Shown here: positions 1-10,413 of the stretch, piece after piece
Numbering within the stretch: position 1 is the stretch's first letter
Layout of the letters: every line of letters starts with the position of its first letter
Source of the DNA: Podarcis gaigeae
Lineage: Eukaryota
DNA length: 64,000 nucleotides
Reading direction: 5' to 3' (one strand)
Assembly: GCA_964106915.2 (NCBI GenBank)
Contig: OZ066914.1
Program-made: the position numbers and the translations under genes
The notes under the pieces: model-generated
The model's database searches: none
What the model saw: the letters and a program-made list of their open reading frames with translations, nothing else
Told to the model about the DNA's origin: nothing

Positions 1-334
1 ATACAAACCCACTGTAAACATAGAATGTTTGGGCGGGCACAACAGACGTCTATTGGAGATGTATTCTGTTGGGTTTTATTTAACAGCAATGAGTAACTAG
101 ATGAGTTGAACTGGACAGAAAGATTACTCATGTTTTGTGGACAAGTGAAGAAGGATGGCTTTGTTATCCTATCAATGGCAAAATTTTCCTTGGATGAATT
201 TCCCAGCAGTTTGCAGATAACCCACTTCCACTGAACAGCTGATTAATAGTCCTTAGAGAATCCCAGGTTAAAGGGACACAGAACACATATAGACTGACCA
301 GGGTCTGGCATATTCCATGTGTTTGTCCTTTCAG

Positions 335-337
<3 letters not shown>

Positions 338-373
<36 letters not shown>
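338..373. repeat. (AC)18 microsatellite followed by (ACA)n
   Basis: Read directly from the sequence. Confidence 0.95.
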
Positions 374-375
<2 letters not shown>

Positions 376-589
376 CAACAACAACAACATAAGAACAAAC
401 ACAGAATATTCTGTGTGCTATTTTACTAAATAGAATCTGTAGGTCTACTTGCTGTTCAATCTGTTTGCATGATCAAGGCTACCTGCTATCACTATTTCAC
501 ACCAGGAAAGTGTCCAGAATATAGAAATGGCACAATCTTTGCCCTGAAGGAGTAAGAATGTAAGAGCCCACTTCTTAGTTATGTGCCAA

Positions 590-890
590 AGAAAATCAGA
601 AGAGCCTTGCTTGTTCAGGCTGAAGGCCCATCTAGTCCACCATCATTTTCTCATGGTGGCTAACCAGTTGCCCATGGGAAGCCCGTTAACTGGACATGAA
701 CACAATAGCGCAACAGCACTCCTACCGTTTCTCTTCAGCAACTAGTATTTAGAGGCATATTGCTTCTGACAGTAGAGATATAGTAAGGTCATTGATAGCC
801 TTATCTTCTATGAATTTTTAAAGTCACCCAAGGTGGTGGCCATCACTACAGCTTGCAGGAACAAATTCCATAGTTTAAAAATGTGCTGCT
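590..890 (-). mobile_element. CR1 LINE 3' fragment (degraded; boundaries approximate)
   Basis: Reverse complement carries the squamate CR1-type tail (GGACTAGATGGGCC...GGCTCTTCT) and upstream ORF2-end-like sequence. Homologous to 8353-8470, 20590-20718 and 50205-50390. Confidence 0.65.
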
Positions 891-1882
891 TAATGCATAG
901 GTTATGGTGTGCTTATAAAGCAGAAGGGCTGATCAAACAACCATGTTAATCATCTCCTTGAAGAGGAGAGTTGGACACCCCCCCCCCAAAGAACATTAAA
1001 CTGCCTTAGTTACTCACCACTGCAGAATCAATGCCATTATTCCTGGTAATGTCCTGAACACCAAGCAATTCTCCTGTCCCACATTCTGCACTCTGCCGGT
1101 ATAAATGGCTGACATTATCCTTCTATGTAGGTGAAAGTACTATTGCTTTCTATGACACTGTGCTGTGGCACCATTCACAAACACTCTTGACACAGCAGAT
1201 ATAAATCGAGGAGCTGGCTTATGCAATAAGACCCATTGATTTACAGTGCCTTCGTTTTTGAAGTGTTGTGACTCACAACTGCCAAACTAAGTCATATTTC
1301 AACAATGAATGCATAATACCCCCCCTCTCTCACACACACCAGCCACCATGCCTCCTCTTGATCAGGAGTGTGATGTGTTGAGTTTAATCTTTCCTCAGGT
1401 GCCACAATCCTGCCAAAAAATAAAGCCTGAAGCTGCTAGTCCCACTTGGGAAGGACAGTGAATTCTTCTTTGTTCAATGCATTAAAATATAGCTGTCCTG
1501 GAATGCAAAATCCAGGCCAGAAGATATGGATTATTATATTTTTTGGCTAGGGCTGATGGTAGTGGCAGCCCAAAACATCTGGATAGGGAAGGTTGGCATA
1601 AGCACCAGTGGCCAGATAATCACCAGATACATCACATACCCCCTTTTTGGGGAAGATGCTGGAGAGCATTGTGGTGGGGCAGCTGCAAGCATTCTTACAC
1701 AGATCATATTGCAATTAAACTTTAGTTCCCAATTACAGAGCTATTTGGAAGAGAACCTGGGTCGTTTGACCCTTGAATTATTTCCCTTTTCCCTCCTGTA
1801 AGAACTACACAAGACACTCTCTTTTAAAGTTTAAATAACATATAACTTTTGCTTAGTGTACATGCACTTGCCGATTAAAATA

Positions 1883-2124
1883 CAGTGGTACCTCAGGTTA
1901 AGTACTTAATTCGTTCCGGAGGTCTGTTCTTAACCTGAAACAGTTCTTAACCTGAAGCACCACTTTAGCTAATGGGGCCTCCTGCTGCTACTGCGCCACC
2001 GGAGCACGATTTCTGTTCTCATCCTGAAGCAAAGTTCTTAACCTGAAGCACTATTTCTGGGTTAGCAGAGTCCATAACCTGAAGCGTATGTAACCTGAAG
2101 CAAATGTAATCTGAGGTACCACTG
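1883..2124 (+). mobile_element. Tc1/mariner (Tigger/pogo-like) MITE family A, copy 1 (242 bp)
   Basis: TIRs CAGTGGTACCTCAGGTTA ... TAATCTGAGGTACCACTG with TA on both flanks. Three more copies in the window. Confidence 0.9.
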
Positions 2125-2227
2125 TATATACAATGCAGATAGGTGTTACTTATGTTGCTAATACATCGTACATAGATTGTATCTAAGATAAATAGGGACT
2201 AACTCTGAGGCGGACAGCAGCATAACA

Positions 2228-2463
2228 TAGGGCTGCAATATTTTAAGAAGTGAAAATCCAGATACAAAAGTTGTTGAGCTTTTAATCTTTTTTAAAATTA
2301 AGTTTTTAAACTATCCCCCCCCCCAACACTTCCAAAATGGGCTGCCATACGCCCAGGTTTTCCCAGATGTCTTTAGCCAGTTCTTGAAAATTCCTCTTGG
2401 ACGCCATTTTTGATGGATGAATCCTGGCTATGTCCAGGAAATTCTGAACGTATGGCAGCCCTA
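2228..2463. mobile_element. Non-autonomous hAT (Blackjack-like termini), 236 bp
   Basis: TIRs TAGGGCTGCAATA ... TATGGCAGCCCTA. Perfect 8-bp TSD GCATAACA at 2220-2227 and 2464-2471. Confidence 0.85.
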
Positions 2464-2849
2464 GCATAACAGAACGTACTGGCTGCTCTAACTGTTAATA
2501 GCTGCCATAACTGTACTAACTGAAATAACTGCCTCAGTTGTATGACATCACAGAGTTCTATAGCCCTTGTGAACATTAACTTAGCACTTTGGATACTTTC
2601 ATACCACAGATTATATAGATCCATACCAATCAGGGTGCAGTCCTGGCCATTGGGCTGAGTTGGTCTTGGTCACCTTGATGGATGACCTTTGCATAAAGCA
2701 GGACAAGTAGAGCATGGCTTTCCTCCTGCTTCTTGAACTCTCACCTGCTTTTGTTCCCACTGACCATGGCCTTTTCCTGGACCTGCTCTGGGTAATAGGA
2801 ATTGTGTTACAGTAATTCCAATTCTACCTCTGGGACCGAATTCAGACAG

Positions 2850-3780
2850 CAGCATTAGGAGAGTGCTTTTGGCTTCACTGGCAGCTACGTTATGGTGCTA
2901 TTTACTATCTACATAAAGCTGTTGGAGGCAGTCATTAGGAATGCTGGGGCAAGGTGCCATCAATATGCTGAATCAGAGGCTGCAGATAAAAAATTGTCTG
3001 AGAACTTGGTCCGTTGTCTACCCTGAGTTAGGCTGCACTCACCTTGAAGGAGAAAGTTTGCAGTTGGGTGCACTTCTGGGTCCATTTAGCAGCTTTAATT
3101 TACATGACAGCGATGGCTATTCCTGGACTGGGAAAGACTGGCCATGATAGCTAATGCATTGGCTAATTCAAGACTGCATTCCTGCAGGGCACTCCAGGTG
3201 GGGCTTCCCTTGTGCTTGATCCGGAAGTTGCAGTTGGTGCAGCATGATTGCAGATAGGTGTGTGACCTTATATAACACCTGTGCTTAGACCTGATTGTTT
3301 ATTTGCTACTGGACCAAGTTAAAGGTGTTACGATTAGCATAGGAAACCTTTAACAACTTAGGACCAGTTTACCTGCAAGATCACCTTACCTCACATGTGC
3401 TCTTTCGACCACTTCAGTCAGTGGAATTTGCACTCTTACAGGTGGTATATAATACTCAATCCACATTTATAAGAAGTCAATCTTTTAGTACGGCGACACA
3501 CACTTTGGAACTCCCTGCCTATTGGCACCAGGCAGTTGCCTTCACTGCACTCTTTTCTGTGCCTGCTAAAAACATTTTTCTTTAGACAAGCCTATCCAGA
3601 TATGTAGAAAGTTTACATGTGATTTAATCTATGTTTGACTTATCACTAATGTTTTAAATAGCTGTTTTTAACTATCTGTTCCAGCTGATGATTTTATTGT
3701 TTCACTCTACTTGTAACTTGGAGGGCGGTTGTTGGGTTTTTTAAATGCAATCAAGAGGTAAACAAATGTTATTCAATGAA
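2850..3780 (+). mobile_element. Degraded L2/CR1-clade LINE 3' portion (boundaries approximate)
   Basis: Remnant of the RT motif (TGCCATCAATATGCTGA, CHQYA[D]), decayed ORF2-like C-terminal sequence, then an AT-rich 3'UTR-like tail. Confidence 0.6.
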
Positions 3781-4518
3781 TATGTAACTGCAATTCTAAA
3801 ATCATTTAACATTTGTATGCTGCCCTGTAGGAGAAGGTTATCTGAGAATCATATAGTAAATATTAAAAAAAATCTCTCACAAACACACACCAATATAGTG
3901 GTTATTGCCTATTAAATTGCCCATCCTGTTTGGAAACTAAACAACTCACAATGGTGTGAACATCCTAAAAGGTATTTCCTCCATGGAGACCTAGGCATAA
4001 AGTTGATCAAGCCTTGGGATGAATCTAGGGACATGGCCAACTTGCCTGGGACATTGAGAGAGGCATCCATGAAATTGGTAGAGAATTTGGGGCTTAAGGA
4101 GGTGGCAGAGGGTGATATCCCTTGTGTAAAACTCAAAAGAAGAGGCCACACTTTCAAGAGAAGGGCCCTCTCTGGGATCTTCAGAAATGGGGGTCCATTG
4201 GGTGCTTACTGCAGCTACTGCCAAGCATTGCCCCAAGTTCAAATTGTGGGTTTCTTCTTCTTCAAAGAAGTAACCCTGACTTGTAGGGCTTTGTCTGTCT
4301 TCCCCATAGTGGGGCAGTCAAAAACCCTCACTTCACAGATCAGAACAGAGGTAAGAAAGGAACAGGAATAAAAAAGGCAGGAAAGTGTGAGGAAACTGAG
4401 GGCATTTTTTTTAAAAAAAAAAAACACAGTAAGAGAAAACAGATAAACAGCTACTGGAGACAACAAATAAGGACAAAAGACTTGAAATAAAAAAGGAGAA
4501 AAACAACAACTGGTAGGG

Positions 4519-4641
4519 CAGTGCTATTTTTCTAGAAAAAGAGGTTTCGGATCTTACCACAAATGCCTCCCTTGAACTCTTAGAATGACAATGGCGCCTA
4601 CCTGAAAGGTTCTGGCAAGTTCCGGCTGAAAAAAAGCCCTG
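4519..4641 (+). mobile_element. Short non-autonomous DNA transposon (hAT-like), family D copy 1
   Basis: Termini CAGTGCTATTTTT ... AAAAAAAGCCCTG. Inverted homolog at 54862-54982. Confidence 0.7.
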
Positions 4642-4777
4642 AGGGAGCAGGTAGGGAGCAGATTGAAGGAGAGAGAATCCAAATGGGATGTTGCTCTGAG
4701 ATGAGACAGGAAACGGGCAGAGCCTCAACACGAAGAGAGCAGAAAAGTCTTCTGGAGAAGTTTGTGGCTTAACTTTA

Positions 4778-5019
4778 CAGTGGTACCTCAGGTTAAGTAC
4801 TTAATTCATTCTGGAGGTCCATTCTTAACCTGAAGCTGTTCTTAACTTGAAGCAGCACTTTAGCTAATGGGGCCTCCTGCTGCCGCCACACCGCCGGAGC
4901 ATGATTTCTGTTCTCATCCTGAAGCAAAGTTCTTAACCCGAGGTACTATTTCTGGGTTAGCGGAGTATGTAACCTGAAGCGTATGTAACCTGAAGCGTAT
5001 GTAACCCGAGGTACCACTG
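4778..5019 (+). mobile_element. MITE family A, copy 2 (242 bp)
   Basis: Same TIRs, TA flanks, close match to 1883-2124. Confidence 0.9.
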
Positions 5020-5744
5020 TACTTGTTTTAATGGTGCAATGTGCTTTATTTTGCCTTATCTTAACTTGTCTTGTTTTCATAATGTCTTTGGCTACACCAA
5101 TAAGTAATATTTGAGTGCAAGCATATAAGTTTGTGGCGTTTTCCTGCCTCCAAGGTGCAGAGCAGGCAATGCAACATACTTGGAGCCCTCCTTCATCCAC
5201 CGGTGAATGTGTGTGTAGTGCAAGAAAAGACCATTGCTGCAATCGTGCCCTTTGTGCAACTGTTTTGTCTGTCCAACTCCCAAAGTTGTGAAACGTAGTA
5301 GATGTGCATTATGGTGCATAAGAAGCATGTTCTATGGTTGCAAATTTTATGAAATTTATTCTCATAGGTAATTCCCAATCATGACCATTGCATTGTTATG
5401 CAAGGTTTTAACTGTTTATATAATGGAACAATATGTTGCTTTATGATCTTAAAAAATATGAGGCCGAAGAAACCCCAAAACATGACTCTTGTTAGTTTAA
5501 TACTTCACATTATTGAGTCCAATGGATATAGTGTTACCAAGAAAGGAAAGTTCTCAGTGGTTTTGTTTTGTTTTTATTTTACAAAACATCTAAATGGTGT
5601 CATGCTTAAAACTATCCCACATATATTTTATTTTTGTGGCTTTCTTCAGATGCAGCTGACTCTAGAATGGTAGCAGTCCTTTTTTTTAAATTGATGGAAA
5701 ATAAATGCATTGAAATGCTGGGAAATTATTTACAATTTTATCTA

Positions 5745-5803
5745 GAATTATATATTGCATTTCATAGGAATTATATATTGCATTTCATAGGAATTATATA
5801 TTG
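5745..5803. repeat. 23-bp tandem repeat, about 2.6 units (GAATTATATATTGCATTTCATAG)
   Basis: Read directly from the sequence. Confidence 0.9.
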
Positions 5804-6718
5804 ATCAGTTTCAAGAATCATATGACTAATATACTGTGCAGATCTTGATGGGTGCAAGAGATTGTACAAGACAAGAGGACAGTTCCAAAAGTATGCCTTT
5901 TAATGAAGGTTTGGATTTGTTTGCACGCCAATACTAAGGGTCATACTAGGCAGTATGTTAAATGATAAATGATGAAGCACTGTGGGAGGGTATCATAACT
6001 GAGGTCAGAATAATAATCCTCAAAGCCAAATTGGTAAGTGTACCTCAGCATAAATACCATAATAAGAAAATCCAGTTTTGCTGGCTCATAATGAAGGTTT
6101 GTGTTTTTTAAACTTTGTAGGTTGGGGTTGTCTTTTGGGAAGGGCCTGGCAGTGCCATCATTGCAGAAGCCTAGGAGATGGGTAACTCACCAGGGGTCCT
6201 TCTCAGCTATCTCCCCCAAATTTCAGCTGATCCTAACTTTGGTTATTTTTTGTGTGTGCCAGCTAAAGACTCTTCTCTGCATGGGTGTCCTCTCCAATTC
6301 TCTGCATGTGCATTCAGAAGTAAGCCCCGCTGAGTTCAATAGGAATTACTCCCAGGGATATCTGTATAGAGTTGCAGTCAAAAATGTTAATTCATGCGTG
6401 GCCATTATTGCATCTCTCAGCATTGTGTTACATATGCATACACAATACCATTTTTGTCAGTCCATCCATGTAATCAGTGTTTAAGAACAGATAAATCACC
6501 CAAGCTCCAGGAAAAATGTTAATTTCCACTCCACTTTTAGCATCTCCTTGAAAGGAATTGATACTTTGGTGTCATATGGAGCTGACATATTTTGGTGGTG
6601 GCGAGGGTGGGATATTTGTAACTTTTGGGCATCAGTTAATTCAGCTCTCCAACCTATTTGCATTTGACAGCCCAGCATTAAATAGTAAGAGAAGAATGTG
6701 AAAGCTTATTTATCATAA

Positions 6719-6731
6719 CCACTAGAGGGCC
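6719..6731 (+). promoter_or_regulatory. Candidate CTCF site
   Basis: CCACTAGAGGGCC matches the CTCF core CCACYAGRGGGC. Confidence 0.5.
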
Positions 6732-7410
6732 ATTTTTGGCTTTTATTTTTATCAGTCTGAGAAGTGTGGGATTTAACTTACACAAGGACAAAAAACCTTG
6801 CCAACTTGCCTGGTTTTAATTTTACACTCACAATGCACTAGAGCTGAAATGATATGGGGAGTGGGGGCTGCTCACATTATCCAAATTTGCATTTCCTTAC
6901 TACAGTTCTAATTCCTCTTCCTCAATTAATTAATCACCCTTTACATATGTGTCAAAGCAATTTACAAGCATAATACAAAACCAGCTAAGTTTTAGATACA
7001 GTAAAAAAGTCTGATGTTTAAAAATGTTTTAAAAAACCATTCAAAGAGAACATCTAATTAGAAGTGACCCTCTCCTCCATATTACGAGTTATAAAAGAAA
7101 TAGAATTATTAACTCTAAGGAGTTGATAATTATCACTATTGCCTGAAAATTCATCAAGAGGTTTCACCAGCTTTTTAAAAGATATCACTGAAAGCTAGAC
7201 TTTCAAAATGCAGAACTGTTAAAGGTTGCTGTATTCCAAAATCAGTGCAAAATATCTAGTATGAGTGTTCCAAAAGTATCCTGAATTAGAGAACACAATA
7301 TCTGTTGCTTTTGTGTATGTTTCCGCTAAGAGAAAGCCTGGGATACTGATGAATATGATCTCCTTGAGTCAGTTCAGAATTGGCTTGATATTTACTAGCT
7401 TGTGAAGTAT

Positions 7411-7890
7411 GGGCTGTAGCTCAGTGGTTAAAGCACATGCCAGAGGTCCTAAGTTGAGTTGCTAGCGTCTCCAGGAAGTGTTGGGAAAGTACTCTGGAGA
7501 GGCTCTGCCAGGCAGTGTAGGCCAGGGGTTGGCAAAGTTTTTGTGGCTTGGGCTGGTTCATGGTCCTGCAGACGCCGTGGTGGGCAGGAGTGTGCACGCA
7601 CACACGCATGCACGAACACTACTTCCGGTGCTCCTTCCAGTGCAGAATAGGTGTGTTCAGCTTCCCATTGGCTGCAGGAGCTTCCTGCAGCCAATGGAAA
7701 GCCGGCCAGCATCTCGGAAGGCGGCCTCCGCTCTGCTCTGCGCTGGTTTAGCACGGCGCACAGGAGCCAACCGAGCAGGCTACGGCAGTCCCCGAGCGGG
7801 CGGTGGAGGTCCATGGGCCTTAGGTTGCCAACCTACTGTAGGCAATAGTGAGTTAGATTGATTTGGTATACAGGTAGCTTGCTATGTTTC
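7411..7890 (+). mobile_element. tRNA-derived SINE with CR1-like tail, interrupted by a hAT MITE
   Basis: A-box TAGCTCAGTGG and degenerate B-box. The body resumes after the MITE. Homologous to copies at 21508, 31472, 34303, 54778, 56037 and 57961. Confidence 0.65.
7523..7837. mobile_element. Non-autonomous hAT (Charlie-like) MITE nested in the SINE
   Basis: Termini CAGGGGTTGGCAA ... TTGCCAACC(TA)CTG, TGTAGGC duplicated on both flanks, CpG-rich interior. Confidence 0.7.
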
Positions 7891-7993
7891 TTCCCATGAC
7901 TTGCAACTAGGCTTTTACTGATGGGGCCATCCCCTGAATGAGGTTTTACACCAGTGGCTACAGACCATTATGGCTATGTTCTACCTCCACTGT

Positions 7994-8352
7994 TGGTGGC
8001 AGCATGGGTTAAAGCCTCAGCGCCTAGGACTTGCCGATCGAAAGGTCAGCGGTTCGAATCCCTGCGGCGGGGTGCGCTCCCGCTGCTCGGTCCCAGCGCC
8101 TGCCAACCTAGCAGTTCGAAAGCACCTCCGGGTGCAAGTAGATAAATAGGGACCGCTTACCAGCGGGAAGGTAAACGGCGTTTCCGTGTGCGGCTCTGGC
8201 TCGCCAGATGCAGCTTTGTCACGCTGGCCACGTGACCCGGAAGTGTCTCCGGACAGCGCTGGCCCCTGGCCTCTTGAGTGAGATGGGCGCACAACCCCAG
8301 AGTCTGTCAAGACTGGCCCGTACGGGCAGGGGTACCTTTACCTTTACCTTTA
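7994..8352 (+). mobile_element. Sauria SINE (Squam1-type), slightly 5'-truncated
   Basis: B-box GGTTCGAATCC, core GCCAACCTAGCAGTTCGAAAGCA, (ACCTTT)n tail. Confidence 0.9.
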
Positions 8353-8470
8353 GAGTGCTATTTTGCTCAGGTCCTGCTTTGGGTCTTCCAGTAGGCATCT
8401 GGTTGGCCACTGTGAGACCAGGATGCTTGAATCAGTATTGGCCTGATTCAGCAGGCTCTCCTTGTGTTCA
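8353..8470 (+). mobile_element. CR1 3' tail fragment (its upstream part lies at ~7965-7995, split by the Sauria SINE)
   Basis: GGCATCTGGTTGGCCACTGTGAGA...GGCCTGATTCAGCAGGCTCT, shared with the other CR1 tails in the window. Confidence 0.65.
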
Positions 8471-10399
8471 CTCATGGTACATTCCTATCAGGAGAAAGGG
8501 AGGAGGCAATGTTCACGCATTCTCCCCTCCTCTTACTGGCAAAAAATGCCTAGCCTTTCTTCTGCCAGCAAGTTCCTCCACCAGATCTTAGTCCCATCCA
8601 TGAACGGAAGAAGCCCTGGTTAGGATCAGAGCCTATGTTCTTCTGAGCATCCCATCTATTTCTAAGAGTTCTCTCCTGGTTTGGTGCATGCAGATTGCTG
8701 GCGCTTTGCATGTGTGCCTTATTACATTGTTCTCTGGGAGTTGTTGTTCCCAGCAACAGCCGGAGTTGAGAACTGCTGAGGAATTCACCAGTATCCCTTG
8801 CCAAAACAAATATCCTGAGAGCAGTACAGTCTCTCTGTGTGTGTGTGTAAAGATCTGGAGTGGGGGCATAGCAACCACATACATTTCTTTAAAAGAAGTA
8901 ATTGGAGGAGTTGCTCAAAACAGAGATACTCACTGTGCAAAGGCTATTTGAGTGGATGGTTGATCACTGTGAAAGTAAGGGGCTAAACAGTTAAGAACAT
9001 CATAGCCAACTTGCTGTTGGCTTTGTAGTTTACAGAGCATCACAGCAATCAGCGAGAGCTTCCTTGTGAGGAGGGAGGTAATATTCAGAGCAGCCTGGCT
9101 TTTAGCCTTAAATGCTATTGCTTGTGTGAAGAATCTTGCTTTATGCATTCTGAACCAGAAAACAACTTAAAATGATGCTTGATTCATATTATATCTGAGC
9201 ATTCTGGGTAGTTATGGGTGCAATTCTGGAATTTTATATATTGCTCTGGATGTAGCCACAATGATAGCCATATGTACAAAGGGATGTCATGATAGCAGAA
9301 ACATAAGACAAGAAAACTTTTAGAGATTTGGTATATTTCCATTATTTTATAAGATGATTTTTATTTTCTAGATACCAGTATTATTCCTGGGTAGCAGTGG
9401 GGTATGTTGTTCTTTTATTGCATAGAGGTGTTGTAATGGTTTTCATATTGTGAATGCTATTGTGAGTCTAGTGAATTAAATAATTGATTTTAACAGCCTG
9501 TATATCATCATCTGGACATATGACCTTAACAGGTGTAAAATACAATTCCTCCATACCGACATGAAAATCTTATAAATCAAAACATTGTGAAGATTTCAGG
9601 TAATCTCTTCACAGGTTCAGCGAGGAAAGGGCAAGGATTAACAGTTTTATTAATATCATGTTTAATGGTAAATTAATAGAGCATTTGTGTGCGTTGACAA
9701 TGGGCTGAAGCCCAAGATACAGAGGCTGTGTAGGAGAAAGAGAAGGGCCTTCTCAATGGCAGCCCCCTGGTTGCAGAATGCCTTTCCCAGGAAGCTTTTC
9801 CTGGCACATACTTCATACTTTTTATTTTCTTGGGCCTTTTAAAGATTTAAATCTTTAAACCAGCTTTATTGCTAACATCCTAACATCTCCATTTTGTGAT
9901 GGTGCTTTTTGCCTTTAGGAGGATTTTATGGTCTGCTGTAGTGTGATTTCTGCTGAAGTTTCTTGTGGTGTTAAGCTAGTTTTACGGGAACCATTATTTT
10001 GTTCTGCTTTGGTGCCCAGAGACCCTCAGTTATTTGGCATTTGAGATATAATGTAATGTAATAATCTAATTACTATTTTTATTGAAGCAGTCCACTTTGC
10101 AGTATATGATATAATTTGATGACAATCCTGTGTTATTTATTATTTCAGGATCAAGTCAGAAAAAATATGTCCTTTAAATTAGTTAAGCTGTTTCAAAAAT
10201 TGTTCTAAATATATGTCACCAAGGCAACCTTTTCCCTCCAATTAAGGATGGATGCCTCAAGCTTCTGAAGGCAGTGGAAGGTAACAATGTTCTGTATAAA
10301 AACTACATTTTAGTCTCCTCCCCGACAGGTATTGAAATATATATTCCAGATATATAAATGGACAAGTAACATATTGTTTGCATATTAACGAAATGAAGT

Positions 10400-10413
10400 T
10401 GCCCTCTAGTGGC
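10400..10413 (-). promoter_or_regulatory. Candidate CTCF site
   Basis: Minus strand reads GCCACTAGAGGGCA, a strong match to the CTCF core. Confidence 0.6.

Noticed and set aside
3912-4466. Possible decayed L1/Tx1 5' end or pseudogene on the minus strand
   Set aside because: No recognisable protein motif, so I cannot support it without a database search.
5745-5803. CRISPR-like array or other prokaryotic system
   Set aside because: This is a head-to-tail duplication without spacers in a vertebrate genome. Nothing prokaryotic is visible in the window.
7449-8591. Cluster of overlapping GC-rich ORFs
   Set aside because: They fall within a hAT MITE and a Sauria SINE. High GC lowers stop-codon frequency.
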